From a virus: a DNA stretch of 64,000 nucleotides. The notes below the pieces were generated by a model. The model ran no database searches and was not told the DNA's origin. It saw nothing but the letters and a program-made list of their open reading frames with translations. Below, piece by piece: positions 29,046-39,200 of this stretch. Numbering within the stretch: position 1 is the stretch's first letter; every line of letters starts with the position of its first letter. The DNA is taken from the IMG/VR virus record IMGVR_UViG_3300023184_000042, positions 1 through 64,000 of that record. One strand, 5' to 3'. The position numbers and the translations under genes were made by a program.

Positions 29046-29450
29046 ATGGCCAAGAGAATCAAGAAAAGAAAATTTTCAAATAACCAATTAGTTGTATTTC
29101 GATTTGGCGATAGAAAAATTGTAGGCAACGTTGTTTTTGTTAAGCCTGTAGGTAAACAATTTATTTATGATGTTGCGTGTGAAGACGGTAAAATATACTA
29201 TGAATTAACAGTAGACGGCCCCGTTAATAATTCTATCGATACTTATTTGACAAAACTATTTTATCAAAAATATAAAATAGATGGAAGTGCTATTCCAGAA
29301 ATTGAAGATGACACTCCAGTACTCAACTCAAAGAAGTTAGTAGAGTCTATTATCGAAACTCCTGACGAAATTCAAGAAGATGAAGAATATGAACTAGACG
29401 AAGAAGATTCTTTATTATTTACAGAAGAGGATGCAGATCCTAATTATTAA
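29046..29450 (+). CDS. hypothetical protein, SH3-like N-terminus and acidic tail
   Basis: ORF track. Confidence 0.5.
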   Translation: MAKRIKKRKFSNNQLVVFRFGDRKIVGNVVFVKPVGKQFIYDVACEDGKIYYELTVDGPVNNSIDTYLTKLFYQKYKIDGSAIPEIEDDTPVLNSKKLVESIIETPDEIQEDEEYELDEEDSLLFTEEDADPNY

Positions 29451-29468
29451 TCAATTAAAAAAAGAAAA

Positions 29469-29639
29469 ATGAAAAAAGTATTTTTAGCATTAGCAGTAGT
29501 AGCAGCTTTAACAGTTGTATCTTGTAAACAAGCCAATGAAGAAATGTCAAAAATTGACGCTCCAGCAGATAGCACTGTTGTAGTAACTGATTCAGTTCAA
29601 GTTGATTCAGTTCAAGTTGATTCTGCGGCAGTAAAATAA
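29469..29639 (+). CDS. small lipoprotein (56 aa, not in ORF track)
   Basis: MKKVFLALAVVAALTVVS-C lipobox; DSVQV tandem repeat. Confidence 0.75.
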   Translation: MKKVFLALAVVAALTVVSCKQANEEMSKIDAPADSTVVVTDSVQVDSVQVDSAAVK

Positions 29640-29756
29640 TTTACCAATGCTCGCTGTTAATTGATGATGGTGCTAAACGGATAAAAAAGGGTTTATAGTA
29701 ATCTAGAGTACAAGCAAATCATCAATCAGAAACCCTGAAAGACCAAGGTTGGTAAA
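29640..29756 (+). ncRNA. candidate pseudoknotted structured RNA
   Basis: TTTACCAA/TTGGTAAA, ATTGATGAT/ATCATCAAT and crossing AGGGTTT/AAACCCT. Confidence 0.5.
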
Positions 29757-29759
29757 AAA

Positions 29760-29833
29760 GAATCGGTTGGTGTAATTGGTAACATTGCCCCTCTCCCGGG
29801 TCAGATAAGGGTTCGAGTCCCTTACCGTATTCC
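29760..29833 (+). pseudogene. tRNA-like element, loop CTCTCCC (nominal CTC, Glu), irregular acceptor
   Basis: D arm TGGTGTAATTGGTAACA, T arm AAGGGTTCGAGTCCCTT. Confidence 0.5.
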
Positions 29834-29847
29834 AAAAATTAAAAAGT

Positions 29848-30904
29848 ATGACAAGTTTCGAATTCAACAAAAAGTATGAAGATTATCTAGAAGAAGGTCA
29901 CTATGGATTAGCAATTAACATTCCTTCAGTGGTTGAATTTTTAGATGAGATCTTCAGTAAAGTTCTTATTCATTTGCCTGATTTTAAATACAGTCAAATC
30001 AAATTGAAATTTAATTCTTCCAGGGTGTATACCACTTTGAAACACTCTGCAATGAATTATTGGATTGAAAAAGAAATTGATAATTTAGTAAAAAAATATG
30101 ATGACGACAATAATGCAAGCAGCTAATTACCTATTTATAGGAGCTTTATTAATGATTTTAGTTGATTCAATGTCACATTGGATGCAAAAGAATAATTCTG
30201 ATAATGATGTTATTTTTACTAATATAGAAAGAATTATTGTAATTGTATTTTGGCCTTTAGTCGTTTTATTTGCTATTATTAGAATTATAATTGGAGGAAA
30301 TAATAATTAGTATGAAAGATCAATATGTAATAATAGACCTTAGGAATATGGATTTTATGAAGGACAAAGACGGTAAGATTAACTATTACGATACAGAAGA
30401 AGACGCTTGTCTTACCTGTGGAATGTATGAGTTTGAAAATGCTTGGGTAATGAAATTAATTTATAATCACATTGAAGAAGATATGCAATCATGGGAGTAA
30501 CAAACAAATATGTAGACTTTATACTTGAGAATGTAATTCAAGATTCTATTACTGTACAACTTTACAAACCAATGGAAGACGGAGCTAGAATGTTTGTGAA
30601 GCTAGGGCCGATGATACATTGTAAGGTTCAAATTGAAGTGATTGAAAAATATACTCGATCTGCTAAAATTAAATTAACTTTTGATAAGTATGTACATGAA
30701 GATATCTTTTTTATTCCTTTCAGTTCCAGCCCAGATTCAATTGAAATGAAAACTCGCAAAAAGATAGAAAATATTGTTAATAAGACTTTTATTGATGATA
30801 ATAGAACTGAAGACATTAAGCAAATGTATGCAGCTAGATATACAAATTTTGCAGAGTCATTATCAAAATTTATAAGTGAGAAAAAGGATGAACAAACTAG
30901 ATAA
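29848..30904 (+). CDS. four hypothetical proteins (29848-30126, about 30113-30310, about 30312-30500, 30491-30904)
   Basis: overlapping packed ORFs; first has YSQIKLKF. Confidence 0.5.
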
Positions 30905-32252
30905 AGATTACCAAGCGCTTCTTCAAGACATACTTGATAATGGAATACATAAACAAGACAGAACAGGTACAGGAACAATCTCCATATTTGGAAGACAAAT
31001 ACGTCACAATATGAAAGATGGGTTTCCACTTCTTACGACCAAAAAAATGCCATTCAAAACTATTGTAACAGAACTTCTTTGGTTCTTACAAGGCAATACA
31101 AATATCAAGTTTTTAGTTGATAATGGATGTAATATTTGGAATGGCGATGCGTATAAGAATTATTTAAAAAATTGTACTGAAAACTACACCGCCCATAATG
31201 AAAAAGTAAATGAAACTGATATTCCAAGTCATTGGAAAGGTAGTGTTAAATTAGATTTAAGTGAATTGTTAACACAAGAAGAATTTATCAACAAAATAAA
31301 AACAGATGATGAGTTTGCTAAAAAGTGGGGTGAGTTAGGTCCAATTTATGGTAAACAATGGAGAAAGTGGAGAGAAGGTAAATACACAAATGAATTAGTA
31401 GTTGGTGGTTTAGAAATCCCGGATGGTCCAACTTATTGGAAAGAGGGTATAGACCAAATCCAAAACCTAATCAACGACCTCAAAACAAATCCAGACTCAA
31501 GACGATTAATGGTTAATGCTTGGAATGTAGGTGAATTAGACCAAATGGTTCTTCCACCTTGTCATTATGGATTTCAAGTTTATACAAGAGAGTTGAGTAG
31601 AGAGGAGCGATACAACTTGATGCCTTCTACAACAGGACATTCAGAAAAGAATATAGAGGTTAGAAAGAAAATAAATAATTGTAACGGAAATATTCCTGGA
31701 GTATCATATCACGAGGAATGGTTAGACAGTTTTAGTATTCCAACCAGAGCAATCTCTTTAATGTGGAATCAACGTTCAGTAGATACATTCTTAGGTTTAC
31801 CATTCAATATTGCTTCTTATGGATTGTTATTGGAAATAATTGCAAAAGAAGTTAATATGGTTCCTGAAGAGTTGATTGGAAACTTAGGTGATGTTCATTT
31901 ATATTCAAACCATATTGAACAAGCAAAAGAACAGATTGGAAGAAAATATACTCACGAAGAAAGAACTGAATTGTTAAAACAAGCGATGGGTGAAGAAAAT
32001 TATAATAAAGCGGTTGATGAATTAATGCCATTTGGAGGAGGATTAAGTGAATATTATGAGTCACATAAAATTACATATTCGTCTAGAGAACCATTTTCAT
32101 TACCAAAAATAAATTTCAATTCGGAATGGTGGGACAAGCCATTTTTTGAATTAGTTATGAATGATAATTTTTGTAAGTGTTTATTAGAAGAAGATATTCA
32201 ATTATATGATTATCAATCACACCCAACAATCAAAGCACCATTATCCAATTAA
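30888..32252 (+). CDS. thyA: thymidylate synthase ThyA with insertions
   Basis: DRTGTGT, FPLLTTKK, ELLWFL, LGPIYGKQWR, SRR, LPPCH, QRSVD..LGLPFN, HLYSNH. Confidence 0.95.
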   Translation: MNKLDKDYQALLQDILDNGIHKQDRTGTGTISIFGRQIRHNMKDGFPLLTTKKMPFKTIVTELLWFLQGNTNIKFLVDNGCNIWNGDAYKNYLKNCTENYTAHNEKVNETDIPSHWKGSVKLDLSELLTQEEFINKIKTDDEFAKKWGELGPIYGKQWRKWREGKYTNELVVGGLEIPDGPTYWKEGIDQIQNLINDLKTNPDSRRLMVNAWNVGELDQMVLPPCHYGFQVYTRELSREERYNLMPSTTGHSEKNIEVRKKINNCNGNIPGVSYHEEWLDSFSIPTRAISLMWNQRSVDTFLGLPFNIASYGLLLEIIAKEVNMVPEELIGNLGDVHLYSNHIEQAKEQIGRKYTHEERTELLKQAMGEENYNKAVDELMPFGGGLSEYYESHKITYSSREPFSLPKINFNSEWWDKPFFELVMNDNFCKCLLEEDIQLYDYQSHPTIKAPLSN

Positions 32253-32255
32253 GTT

Positions 32256-32441
32256 ATGAAAAAAAGTGATTTTAATAACAAACTAATTTATAGAATTAAA
32301 GTGTTAAGGACTGGTATAGAAAAAGCTTTAGTTTTAGATGACATTAATGAAATAAAAAAAGTCTTATCTAATTCTATAGAAGATGTACCAACAACTTCAA
32401 ATGGAAAATGGCAAAAAATACAACAAGATGAAAAAGTATAA
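32256..32441 (+). CDS. hypothetical protein
   Basis: ORF track. Confidence 0.45.
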   Translation: MKKSDFNNKLIYRIKVLRTGIEKALVLDDINEIKKVLSNSIEDVPTTSNGKWQKIQQDEKV

Positions 32442-32543
32442 TAAATTAAATAATCCATTAGATTGGAATTGGACAGCAATTATTACTTGGGCAGTTATAA
32501 GCACAATTGCATATAATATATTTTCATTCCTATATTCATTAGT

Positions 32544-32972
32544 ATGTTAGGAGTAGTAGCAGGTAGCTTTGATGTTATACATCCAGGTTATATAAAAATG
32601 TTCAAAGAGTGTAAAAAAAATTGTGATGAGTTTGTTGTATTATTGCAAACAGATCCTACAATAGAACGTCCCGAAAAATGTAAACCTATTTTAGATTATT
32701 TAGATCGAATAGAAATTCTTGAATCTATAAAATACATTGATAGAGTATATGTATATGAAACTGAAAACGACTTGTATATGTTACTCAAAGCACTCCGTCC
32801 GGACATCAGATTCCTTGGAGATGACTATCTAGATAAAAAATACACAGGAGATGATTTATACATTCCAATTTGGTGGATAGGAAGATCTCATGGATGGTCA
32901 ACTACTAAATTCAAAGAAGTAATTTCCAATCAAATAGAGGTTCAAAGATTACAAAAATTAGCTGCTAAATAA
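32544..32972 (+). CDS. cytidylyltransferase (TagD-like)
   Basis: GSFDVIHPGY, GDDY, RSHGWSTT. Confidence 0.85.
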   Translation: MLGVVAGSFDVIHPGYIKMFKECKKNCDEFVVLLQTDPTIERPEKCKPILDYLDRIEILESIKYIDRVYVYETENDLYMLLKALRPDIRFLGDDYLDKKYTGDDLYIPIWWIGRSHGWSTTKFKEVISNQIEVQRLQKLAAK

Positions 32973-33008
32973 TTTGTTTAATTCAAAAGAAATACTTAAA
33001 TTTATAGT

Positions 33009-33413
33009 ATGAAAAGAATATATTTAGACGACGTAAGAACACCAGTAGATCCAGATTGGATCGTGGTAAGAAACTATGAGCAGTTTGTTGATACTGTAAC
33101 TTTCCATGGTTTAGATCAAATTGATTTAATCTCTCTTGATCATGATTTAGGCGATTCAGCAATGGCAGAATGGCATAAGAATGTGTATCATAATTACACT
33201 TTGAATTACGATAACATCACTGAAAAAACAGGAATGGATTGTACTAAATGGTTAGTTAATCAATGGTTAGACGGTCAGCCAGTTGTTGATGTAGTTATTC
33301 ATTCTGCTAATGCAGTTGGTAGTGCAAACATGATGGGATATATTAATAATTACAGACACGTGCACAGACTGCCTCAGAATTGTGTACGAGTTCAAATAGA
33401 ACATACAGTATAA
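33009..33413 (+). CDS. cyclic-phosphate-processing receiver-domain protein
   Basis: IYLDDVR, ISLDHDLG, TGMDC, IHSAN. Confidence 0.8.
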   Translation: MKRIYLDDVRTPVDPDWIVVRNYEQFVDTVTFHGLDQIDLISLDHDLGDSAMAEWHKNVYHNYTLNYDNITEKTGMDCTKWLVNQWLDGQPVVDVVIHSANAVGSANMMGYINNYRHVHRLPQNCVRVQIEHTV

Positions 33414-33416
33414 ATT

Positions 33417-34218
33417 ATGACTTTATTAGATACTTTAAGAATGAACTTTTCAGGTGAATATTCACCCGATATGCCTGAAACTCATGCACAAATTGCAGCG
33501 TTTATTGCTGAAGATTTTGCTATGAAATTTCATATGTGGATGATGCAAAATGATACTCAAGCAAATGCAGAAATGTTTTTTGGATATACAGATCAAGATA
33601 TGATGAATGTATTTAAACAACAAATGGGTTTATGACAGAGGTATTACATCTCATTGGAATCTGTCCGGACCATTTTGCCCACAATAATTTAATTGAATTT
33701 TGTATGGCAAATAGTTCGGAATTTTCTTGGTTATATCAGAAATTTTGCTTATCTTTATCTAAATTAAAAAAATAAAATTATGGCAGCAGAAAGTAACACT
33801 TCAGTAGATATTGAATTATGGATCAAAAAAATTATAACATCAATTGATCATCCTACACAATTTAAAGCAGCTAGAAAATTAATTGCTCGTTATATGGTTA
33901 GATTGCAACAAGATGGGTTGGATTGGTATATCAGAAATCACATTGATAACAAATTTGATACATTAATTACAAGACAGCGTCAAACTTTACGAGATAACCT
34001 TAATGCAAAATTAAATGTCTAATACAAAAATAACAATTGAGCTCAATGATTTACAGCAAGCTCAATACGACGATTGGTGTGCTACCATTAAAAAGTTATA
34101 TGGTAAGATTGGAAATATGACCTGGTCCGTTTCTGATTGTGGAATAGGTCAAACTATTAAAGTGTATAGTGAGCTTACAAAATTGACATTAAATTTAACA
34201 GATATAGATTCTTGGTAA
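33417..34218 (+). CDS. three small hypothetical proteins (33417-33635, 33780-34022, 34015-34218)
   Basis: ORF track. Confidence 0.5.
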
Positions 34219-34805
34219 TGAAAGTAATATTTTTAGATAACGATGGTGTAATCTGCCTTTCTAACAATTGGGGTGGCAGAGCAAAAAAATATAAGAAATA
34301 TCGCAAACTTCATCCAGAAGCTACTTCTTATAGTCAAGTAGATGTGTTTCATAGATTTGACGATTTTGACAAAAAAGCAGTAAAGGTTCTAAATGAAATT
34401 TTAGAAACTACCCAAGCTGAAATTGTAGTATCTTCCGATTGGAAGAAACATGCTACTCTAGAAGAGTTAGGAGATTATTATGAGTCACAAGGAATAATTA
34501 AACGACCTTTAGCCTTTACTCCTTCATTCATTGGGTGTGATAAACCTGAAGATTTTGTGTGGCAATTTTACCAAAGATATGAACAAGAAAGAGCTTTGGA
34601 AATACATCAATATTTAAAGGATCATCCTGAAGTTACTCATTGGGTTGCAATAGATGATTTAGATATGCGTTATGATATTGTCTATACAGACGGTGTAGAA
34701 GACATCAATCCATGGGGACTTAAGAATTTTGTGTATACAGCTCTTCCTAGCGAAGGAATCAAGCAACATGGAAAAAAAGAAAAAGTATTAAATTTTCTTC
34801 AATAA
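34218..34805 (+). CDS. HAD phosphatase, Swiss-Army-knife RNA-repair type
   Basis: FLDNDGV, VVSSDW, WVAIDD. Confidence 0.8.
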   Translation: MKVIFLDNDGVICLSNNWGGRAKKYKKYRKLHPEATSYSQVDVFHRFDDFDKKAVKVLNEILETTQAEIVVSSDWKKHATLEELGDYYESQGIIKRPLAFTPSFIGCDKPEDFVWQFYQRYEQERALEIHQYLKDHPEVTHWVAIDDLDMRYDIVYTDGVEDINPWGLKNFVYTALPSEGIKQHGKKEKVLNFLQ

Positions 34806-34858
34806 GATTAGGATTTAAGGAATTAATGTCTTATCTTTAAGTATTAATAAAAAGAGAT

Positions 34859-35500
34859 ATGAAAATAGTAGCAAAAAATGTTTGGTTTACGTCCGATTCT
34901 CATTTTGGACATACCAATATTTGTAGAGGAGTTTCTAAATGGAACACAGGAGATGAAGAAGAGTTTAATGCTGCTACTCGTAATTTTCCAGACTTAGAAA
35001 CAATGAATGAACACATTGTTGAGAACATTAATAATTGTGTCGGAGAAAATGATTGGTTAATACATCTTGGAGATTTTTCCTTTGGAGGAATTGAAAATAT
35101 TGAAGTTTTACGTTCTCAAATCAAATGTAAAAACATTGTATTGATTATAGGAAATCATGATCATCACATTGAAAACAACAAAGAAAATGTCAGAAAACAT
35201 TTTCGTCACGTTGCCCATTATGAGGAACTAGATGTGACTGTAGAGAATAGATTAGGTGCTAATAAACACAAATTTGTTCTTTGCCATTACCCAATTGTAT
35301 CTTGGAACAATATGCCAAGAGGAGCATTTATGTTGCATGGTCATCAGCATTTGAAAGGCGATTCTAGATTTGGAGAAGGAAGAAGAATGGATGTTGGAAT
35401 GTGTGGATCTCCTGAATTTAGACCCTACCATATTGATGAAGTTTTAGAGTTGTTAAGTGGTAGAGATTCTAGAGAAAGACATTCTAGAGACGAAAAATAG
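34859..35500 (+). CDS. metallophosphoesterase
   Basis: SDSHFGH, HLGD, GNHD, CHYP, HGHQH. Confidence 0.9.
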   Translation: MKIVAKNVWFTSDSHFGHTNICRGVSKWNTGDEEEFNAATRNFPDLETMNEHIVENINNCVGENDWLIHLGDFSFGGIENIEVLRSQIKCKNIVLIIGNHDHHIENNKENVRKHFRHVAHYEELDVTVENRLGANKHKFVLCHYPIVSWNNMPRGAFMLHGHQHLKGDSRFGEGRRMDVGMCGSPEFRPYHIDEVLELLSGRDSRERHSRDEK

Positions 35501-35611
35501 TCAGGTGGCGGAATGGTAGACGCACCGAATAGTTAAACGGAGTGGAATAAGTCGCAATATAGTTGAGATACACATAAGACCCATACGCAGGTTCGATTCC
35601 TGTCCTGACTA
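35499..35611 (+). ncRNA. tRNA-like RNA lacking an anticodon arm
   Basis: AGTCAGG/CCTGACT acceptor, Leu-like D arm, GCAGGTTCGATTCCTGT T arm. Confidence 0.6.
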
Positions 35612-35631
35612 CTAAATTAAAATAATAAATT

Positions 35632-35787
35632 ATGATAATAGTATTAGCACAATTTGGATTAATGTCATTAAATTTAATGACAGCACATATAACAAAACAA
35701 AAAGGAGGTAATCCTGCGTTTAGCTATTTCGTAGCCGGCATACTTTGTGGCTTTGGAATTTCAGCATTGATTAAATTATTAGTATGA
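35632..35787 (+). CDS. small membrane protein (not in ORF track)
   Basis: 51-aa hydrophobic ORF overlapping the next start (ATGA). Confidence 0.45.
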   Translation: MIIVLAQFGLMSLNLMTAHITKQKGGNPAFSYFVAGILCGFGISALIKLLV

Positions 35788-36269
35788 GAATAATCTATTT
35801 TATGATAATGTTAGTGTCAATGTCTACATTTTCACAAAACATTATAATAGGAGATTCACAAGTTCCATTTATTGATGCTCAAACTCACAAAGCAAATAGA
35901 GTGCCTCAATTATGGAGAGGTGGTATTGGAGTTGCAGATTTAACTGCAATGGTTAATAACTATCCAATTACTCCTTCCATACAAAATGTAGTAATTAGTA
36001 TTGGAACTAATGATAGATTTCAAAGCGATGTAGTGCAATTATTTTCAGCACTTAAACGTAAGTTTCCAAAAGCTAAATTTTATGCAGTGCAAGGCTCGTG
36101 GGGCTGGGGTGGAGTTAAATCAATATCTAGAACTACTGTATATTCATATTATACAAAGTTTTTACCTTATGGAGTTGTAATAATTCAACCTGCGATAGGT
36201 CCGGGAGATCCGCATGGGCCAAAAGCATCTTATAATTTAATAGGAGAAAGTTTAGATAAAATATTGTAA
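35784..36269 (+). CDS. SGNH/GDSL hydrolase-like protein with signal peptide
   Basis: IIGDS, IGTND, DPH. Confidence 0.65.
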   Translation: MRIIYFMIMLVSMSTFSQNIIIGDSQVPFIDAQTHKANRVPQLWRGGIGVADLTAMVNNYPITPSIQNVVISIGTNDRFQSDVVQLFSALKRKFPKAKFYAVQGSWGWGGVKSISRTTVYSYYTKFLPYGVVIIQPAIGPGDPHGPKASYNLIGESLDKIL

Positions 36270-36270
36270 T

Positions 36271-36549
36271 ATGGATTATAAAAACGAATTAGATAAAATT
36301 ATCAATCAGTTAGATGCATTTTCAAATACATGGATTGGCCAGTATATTTTTAATTTCTTAATAGGCATAGCTATTATATTACTAATAGGTACTGGATTAT
36401 ATTTAGGAGCTGCTTTTGTAACTTGGTCATTTCCTTCATTGAAATGGTTTTTAAGTGGGTCTAATTCTCTATACAGAATAATTGTATTAGTATATGCTTT
36501 CGCAGTATTTATAGGTACTATAGATAATGGAGATGATTATCCTATGTAA
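36271..36549 (+). CDS. membrane protein
   Basis: two hydrophobic helices. Confidence 0.55.
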   Translation: MDYKNELDKIINQLDAFSNTWIGQYIFNFLIGIAIILLIGTGLYLGAAFVTWSFPSLKWFLSGSNSLYRIIVLVYAFAVFIGTIDNGDDYPM

Positions 36550-36624
36550 AAATACTTTAAAAAAGATTTGGTTCCTACAATATAATTTCTTATCTTTATG
36601 TATAGAAATTAAATAATAAGACAT

Positions 36625-37923
36625 ATGAAAAATGATTTTCAGTTATTAAGGTTGATGGTAGACGAGTTGAACTCGACAAATAGCATCAATGACAAAAAAG
36701 AAATTTTATCGAAATATGATGACGAGTTTATTAAGAAAGTAATTTATTACACTTATAATCCGACATTTCAATATTACATAACTCCTGATAATTTAGAGAA
36801 GAATTACTCTAATGATTTAGGTAAAGTCGTTAAGTATAGTGATTTATTTGAATTGTTAGATGCTTTGAAATCTAGATCAATCACAGGTCACTTGGCTATT
36901 AACTCAGTCAATGATTTTTGTTTTGATAATGAAAAGTATAAAGACTTAATTTATAAAATAATTGGTAAGGATTTAGAAATTAGAATGGGAGACTCTTTAA
37001 TTAATAAAGTATTCCCTGACTTAATTCCAACCTTTGACTGTGCTTTGGCTACCGATTTTGATAAGGTGCAAGTAGACTTTGCCAAAGATACCTTTTTTGC
37101 TTCTAGGAAGTTAGACGGTGTTAGATGTTTAGCAGTAGTAGATGATATGGGTGGAGTGACTTTGTGGTCTAGACAGGGTAATCAATTTCTTACCCTAGAA
37201 AAGGTAGAAAAAGAAATAGCTTCTTTAGGTATGCGTGATGTGGTATTTGACGGTGAAATATGTCTGGTAGATGCCTTAGGTAATGAAGATTTCCAGGGTA
37301 TTATGAAGCAAATTCGTAAGAAAGACCATCAAATTGCCAATCCTAAATACCTAATCTTTGACACTATTTCCGGAGATGAGTTTAGAACTAAAACGGGTAC
37401 CCTTAAATATTCAAGCAGATATGCTAGATTAGGAGAGATCTTTTTTGATCCTTCTAGGTATAATCACTTAAAAGTAGTTACTCAAACGGTAATTACCACA
37501 GAAGATCAATATATTAATATGATGACTCAATCTGATGCTGATGGCTGGGAAGGATTAATCTTAAGAAAAAATGTTGGTTATGAAGGTAAGCGTAGTAAAA
37601 ATATGCTTAAGTGTAAATCATTTAAAGACGCTGAATATAGAGTTATTGACTTAGAAGTTGGTCCTTTTAGAATGATTGAAAATGGTTTGGAAATAACCAG
37701 AGAAGTTTTAAGTAATGTAGTTATCGAGCATAAAGGTAATAGAGTGTCAGTTGGTTCAGGATTCTCACTTAATGAAAGACAATATTTTTATGACAATCCA
37801 GCAGAGATCTTAAATAAAATTATTACCGTTAAGTATTTTCAAGAGACACAAAACCAGGCAGGTAATTGGAGTTTGCGTTTCCCGACAATTAAAGTAATTC
37901 ACGGAACGAAAAGAACAGTATAA
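36625..37923 (+). CDS. ATP-dependent DNA ligase
   Basis: KLDGVR, FDGE, WEGLILR, VGSG, LRFP. Confidence 0.95.
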   Translation: MKNDFQLLRLMVDELNSTNSINDKKEILSKYDDEFIKKVIYYTYNPTFQYYITPDNLEKNYSNDLGKVVKYSDLFELLDALKSRSITGHLAINSVNDFCFDNEKYKDLIYKIIGKDLEIRMGDSLINKVFPDLIPTFDCALATDFDKVQVDFAKDTFFASRKLDGVRCLAVVDDMGGVTLWSRQGNQFLTLEKVEKEIASLGMRDVVFDGEICLVDALGNEDFQGIMKQIRKKDHQIANPKYLIFDTISGDEFRTKTGTLKYSSRYARLGEIFFDPSRYNHLKVVTQTVITTEDQYINMMTQSDADGWEGLILRKNVGYEGKRSKNMLKCKSFKDAEYRVIDLEVGPFRMIENGLEITREVLSNVVIEHKGNRVSVGSGFSLNERQYFYDNPAEILNKIITVKYFQETQNQAGNWSLRFPTIKVIHGTKRTV

Positions 37924-38171
37924 TGGATTCGAAACCAACTCCAATGAAAAAGCCTAAATACAAAATAGGTCAGCTAGTATATGTAAATTTTTTAGGTTCT
38001 CCTAAATTAAGTAGACTAACTGAGTTGCGTGGTAAACATGGCAGAGATCAAGACAGATGGATTTATTATGCAGTCGACGTTTATGACGGAACGGTATATC
38101 CAAATGTAGGAGTAGGTAATACAGAAAAGACATTTAACATTAACATTGAAAAAACTAAACAATTATCATGA
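37923..38171 (+). CDS. hypothetical protein
   Basis: ORF track; PKYKIGQLV. Confidence 0.5.
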   Translation: MDSKPTPMKKPKYKIGQLVYVNFLGSPKLSRLTELRGKHGRDQDRWIYYAVDVYDGTVYPNVGVGNTEKTFNINIEKTKQLS

Positions 38172-38321
38172 TGCAAATTTTCTTAAAAGTAATTATCAGT
38201 TTAGTGCTTTGGTTAGTGGTAGCAAAAGTATTTTTATATTTCGGTAAAAAAATATTTAAAGATTAGGATACTCCAAAAGGTTATCTTATATTTATGAAGT
38301 AATTAAAATTAAATAGTCAAT

Positions 38322-38498
38322 ATGGCAACAGTACAAAAACGTTCGAGACAATCGAGAGCATTAGATATGCTTGAAGCTCAATTAAAGAGTGGAGTAAAAA
38401 CTGAAAAGAAAACTACGGATGTAAAAATTCCTTTAACAGATTCTGATAGAAGAAGAATTGAAAAGGAAATAGAAGTCCTAAAATCTAAATTAGTTTAA
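38322..38498 (+). CDS. small basic protein MATVQKRSRQ... (58 aa, not in ORF track)
   Basis: ATG after promoter 38263. Confidence 0.6.
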   Translation: MATVQKRSRQSRALDMLEAQLKSGVKTEKKTTDVKIPLTDSDRRRIEKEIEVLKSKLV

Positions 38499-38508
38499 TT
38501 TTAATTGT

Positions 38509-38907
38509 ATGGCTCTTAAGGCAGATAATAAAATTTACTTAAGTTGGGACGACGTAAGTGATTTAGTTGATACACTTTGTGAAAAGATTGTAACTGAACA
38601 ACCTCAAATTGATTCTATATTTGGAATTGCTCGAGGTGGTATGATCCCAGCAGTAATGGTATCACATAGATTAGGCTTGACCTGGTCAAATGTAATGTTA
38701 CCTAATACTCTAGTAATAGATGATATTTGTGATACAGGGCATACATTAAAAAATTGTATAGGAGGTTATACCGCAGTGTTGCATCATAAACCGCATACTG
38801 CTTGTTTAACTCCTACCATATATGCTTCACTGCATGAAGGTGATGAATGGATAATTTATCCATGGGAAAGAAATGATTCTGCACCAGTGCAAGATTATTT
38901 AAAATAA
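38509..38907 (+). CDS. purine phosphoribosyltransferase (Gpt-like)
   Basis: LSWDD, IARGG, LVIDDICDTG, WIIYPWE. Confidence 0.85.
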   Translation: MALKADNKIYLSWDDVSDLVDTLCEKIVTEQPQIDSIFGIARGGMIPAVMVSHRLGLTWSNVMLPNTLVIDDICDTGHTLKNCIGGYTAVLHHKPHTACLTPTIYASLHEGDEWIIYPWERNDSAPVQDYLK

Positions 38908-38966
38908 TATAAAAAAATCGCCTGAAAATATAGCTAGGTGCATATTTATATTAAATAAAAAACAAA

Positions 38967-39113
38967 ATGACACAAGTCCATACATATCAATCACAATCGT
39001 TTAGAATGCTTCAAGGAGCAGGAGCTACAATATGTAATAATGATGTGATTTTAGGCTCTTTACGTAATGATAGTATTACATGGGAACTGAAAAATGGAGG
39101 GACTGAGGTATGA
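38967..39113 (+). CDS. putative leader peptide upstream of the tRNA array (48 aa)
   Basis: MTQVHTYQSQSFRM...WELKNGGTEV*, between a late motif and a terminator. Confidence 0.5.
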   Translation: MTQVHTYQSQSFRMLQGAGATICNNDVILGSLRNDSITWELKNGGTEV

Positions 39114-39142
39114 TATAGGTAATTTACATATTACTATAATTT

Positions 39143-39175
39143 AAGCCTCGGACCATAAAATCCGGGGCTTTTTTA
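39143..39175 (+). terminator. intrinsic terminator / attenuator before the first tRNA
   Basis: AAGCCTCGGA/TCCGGGGCTT plus T run. Confidence 0.75.
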
Positions 39176-39200
39176 TTGGCCTGGTCATAAAGAATAAATT

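Noticed and set aside
29660-29740. Hammerhead ribozyme or SAM-I riboswitch (TGATGA, GAAAC, GGTGCTAA)
   Set aside because: Element order does not fit any hammerhead permutation, and the SAM-I core is missing
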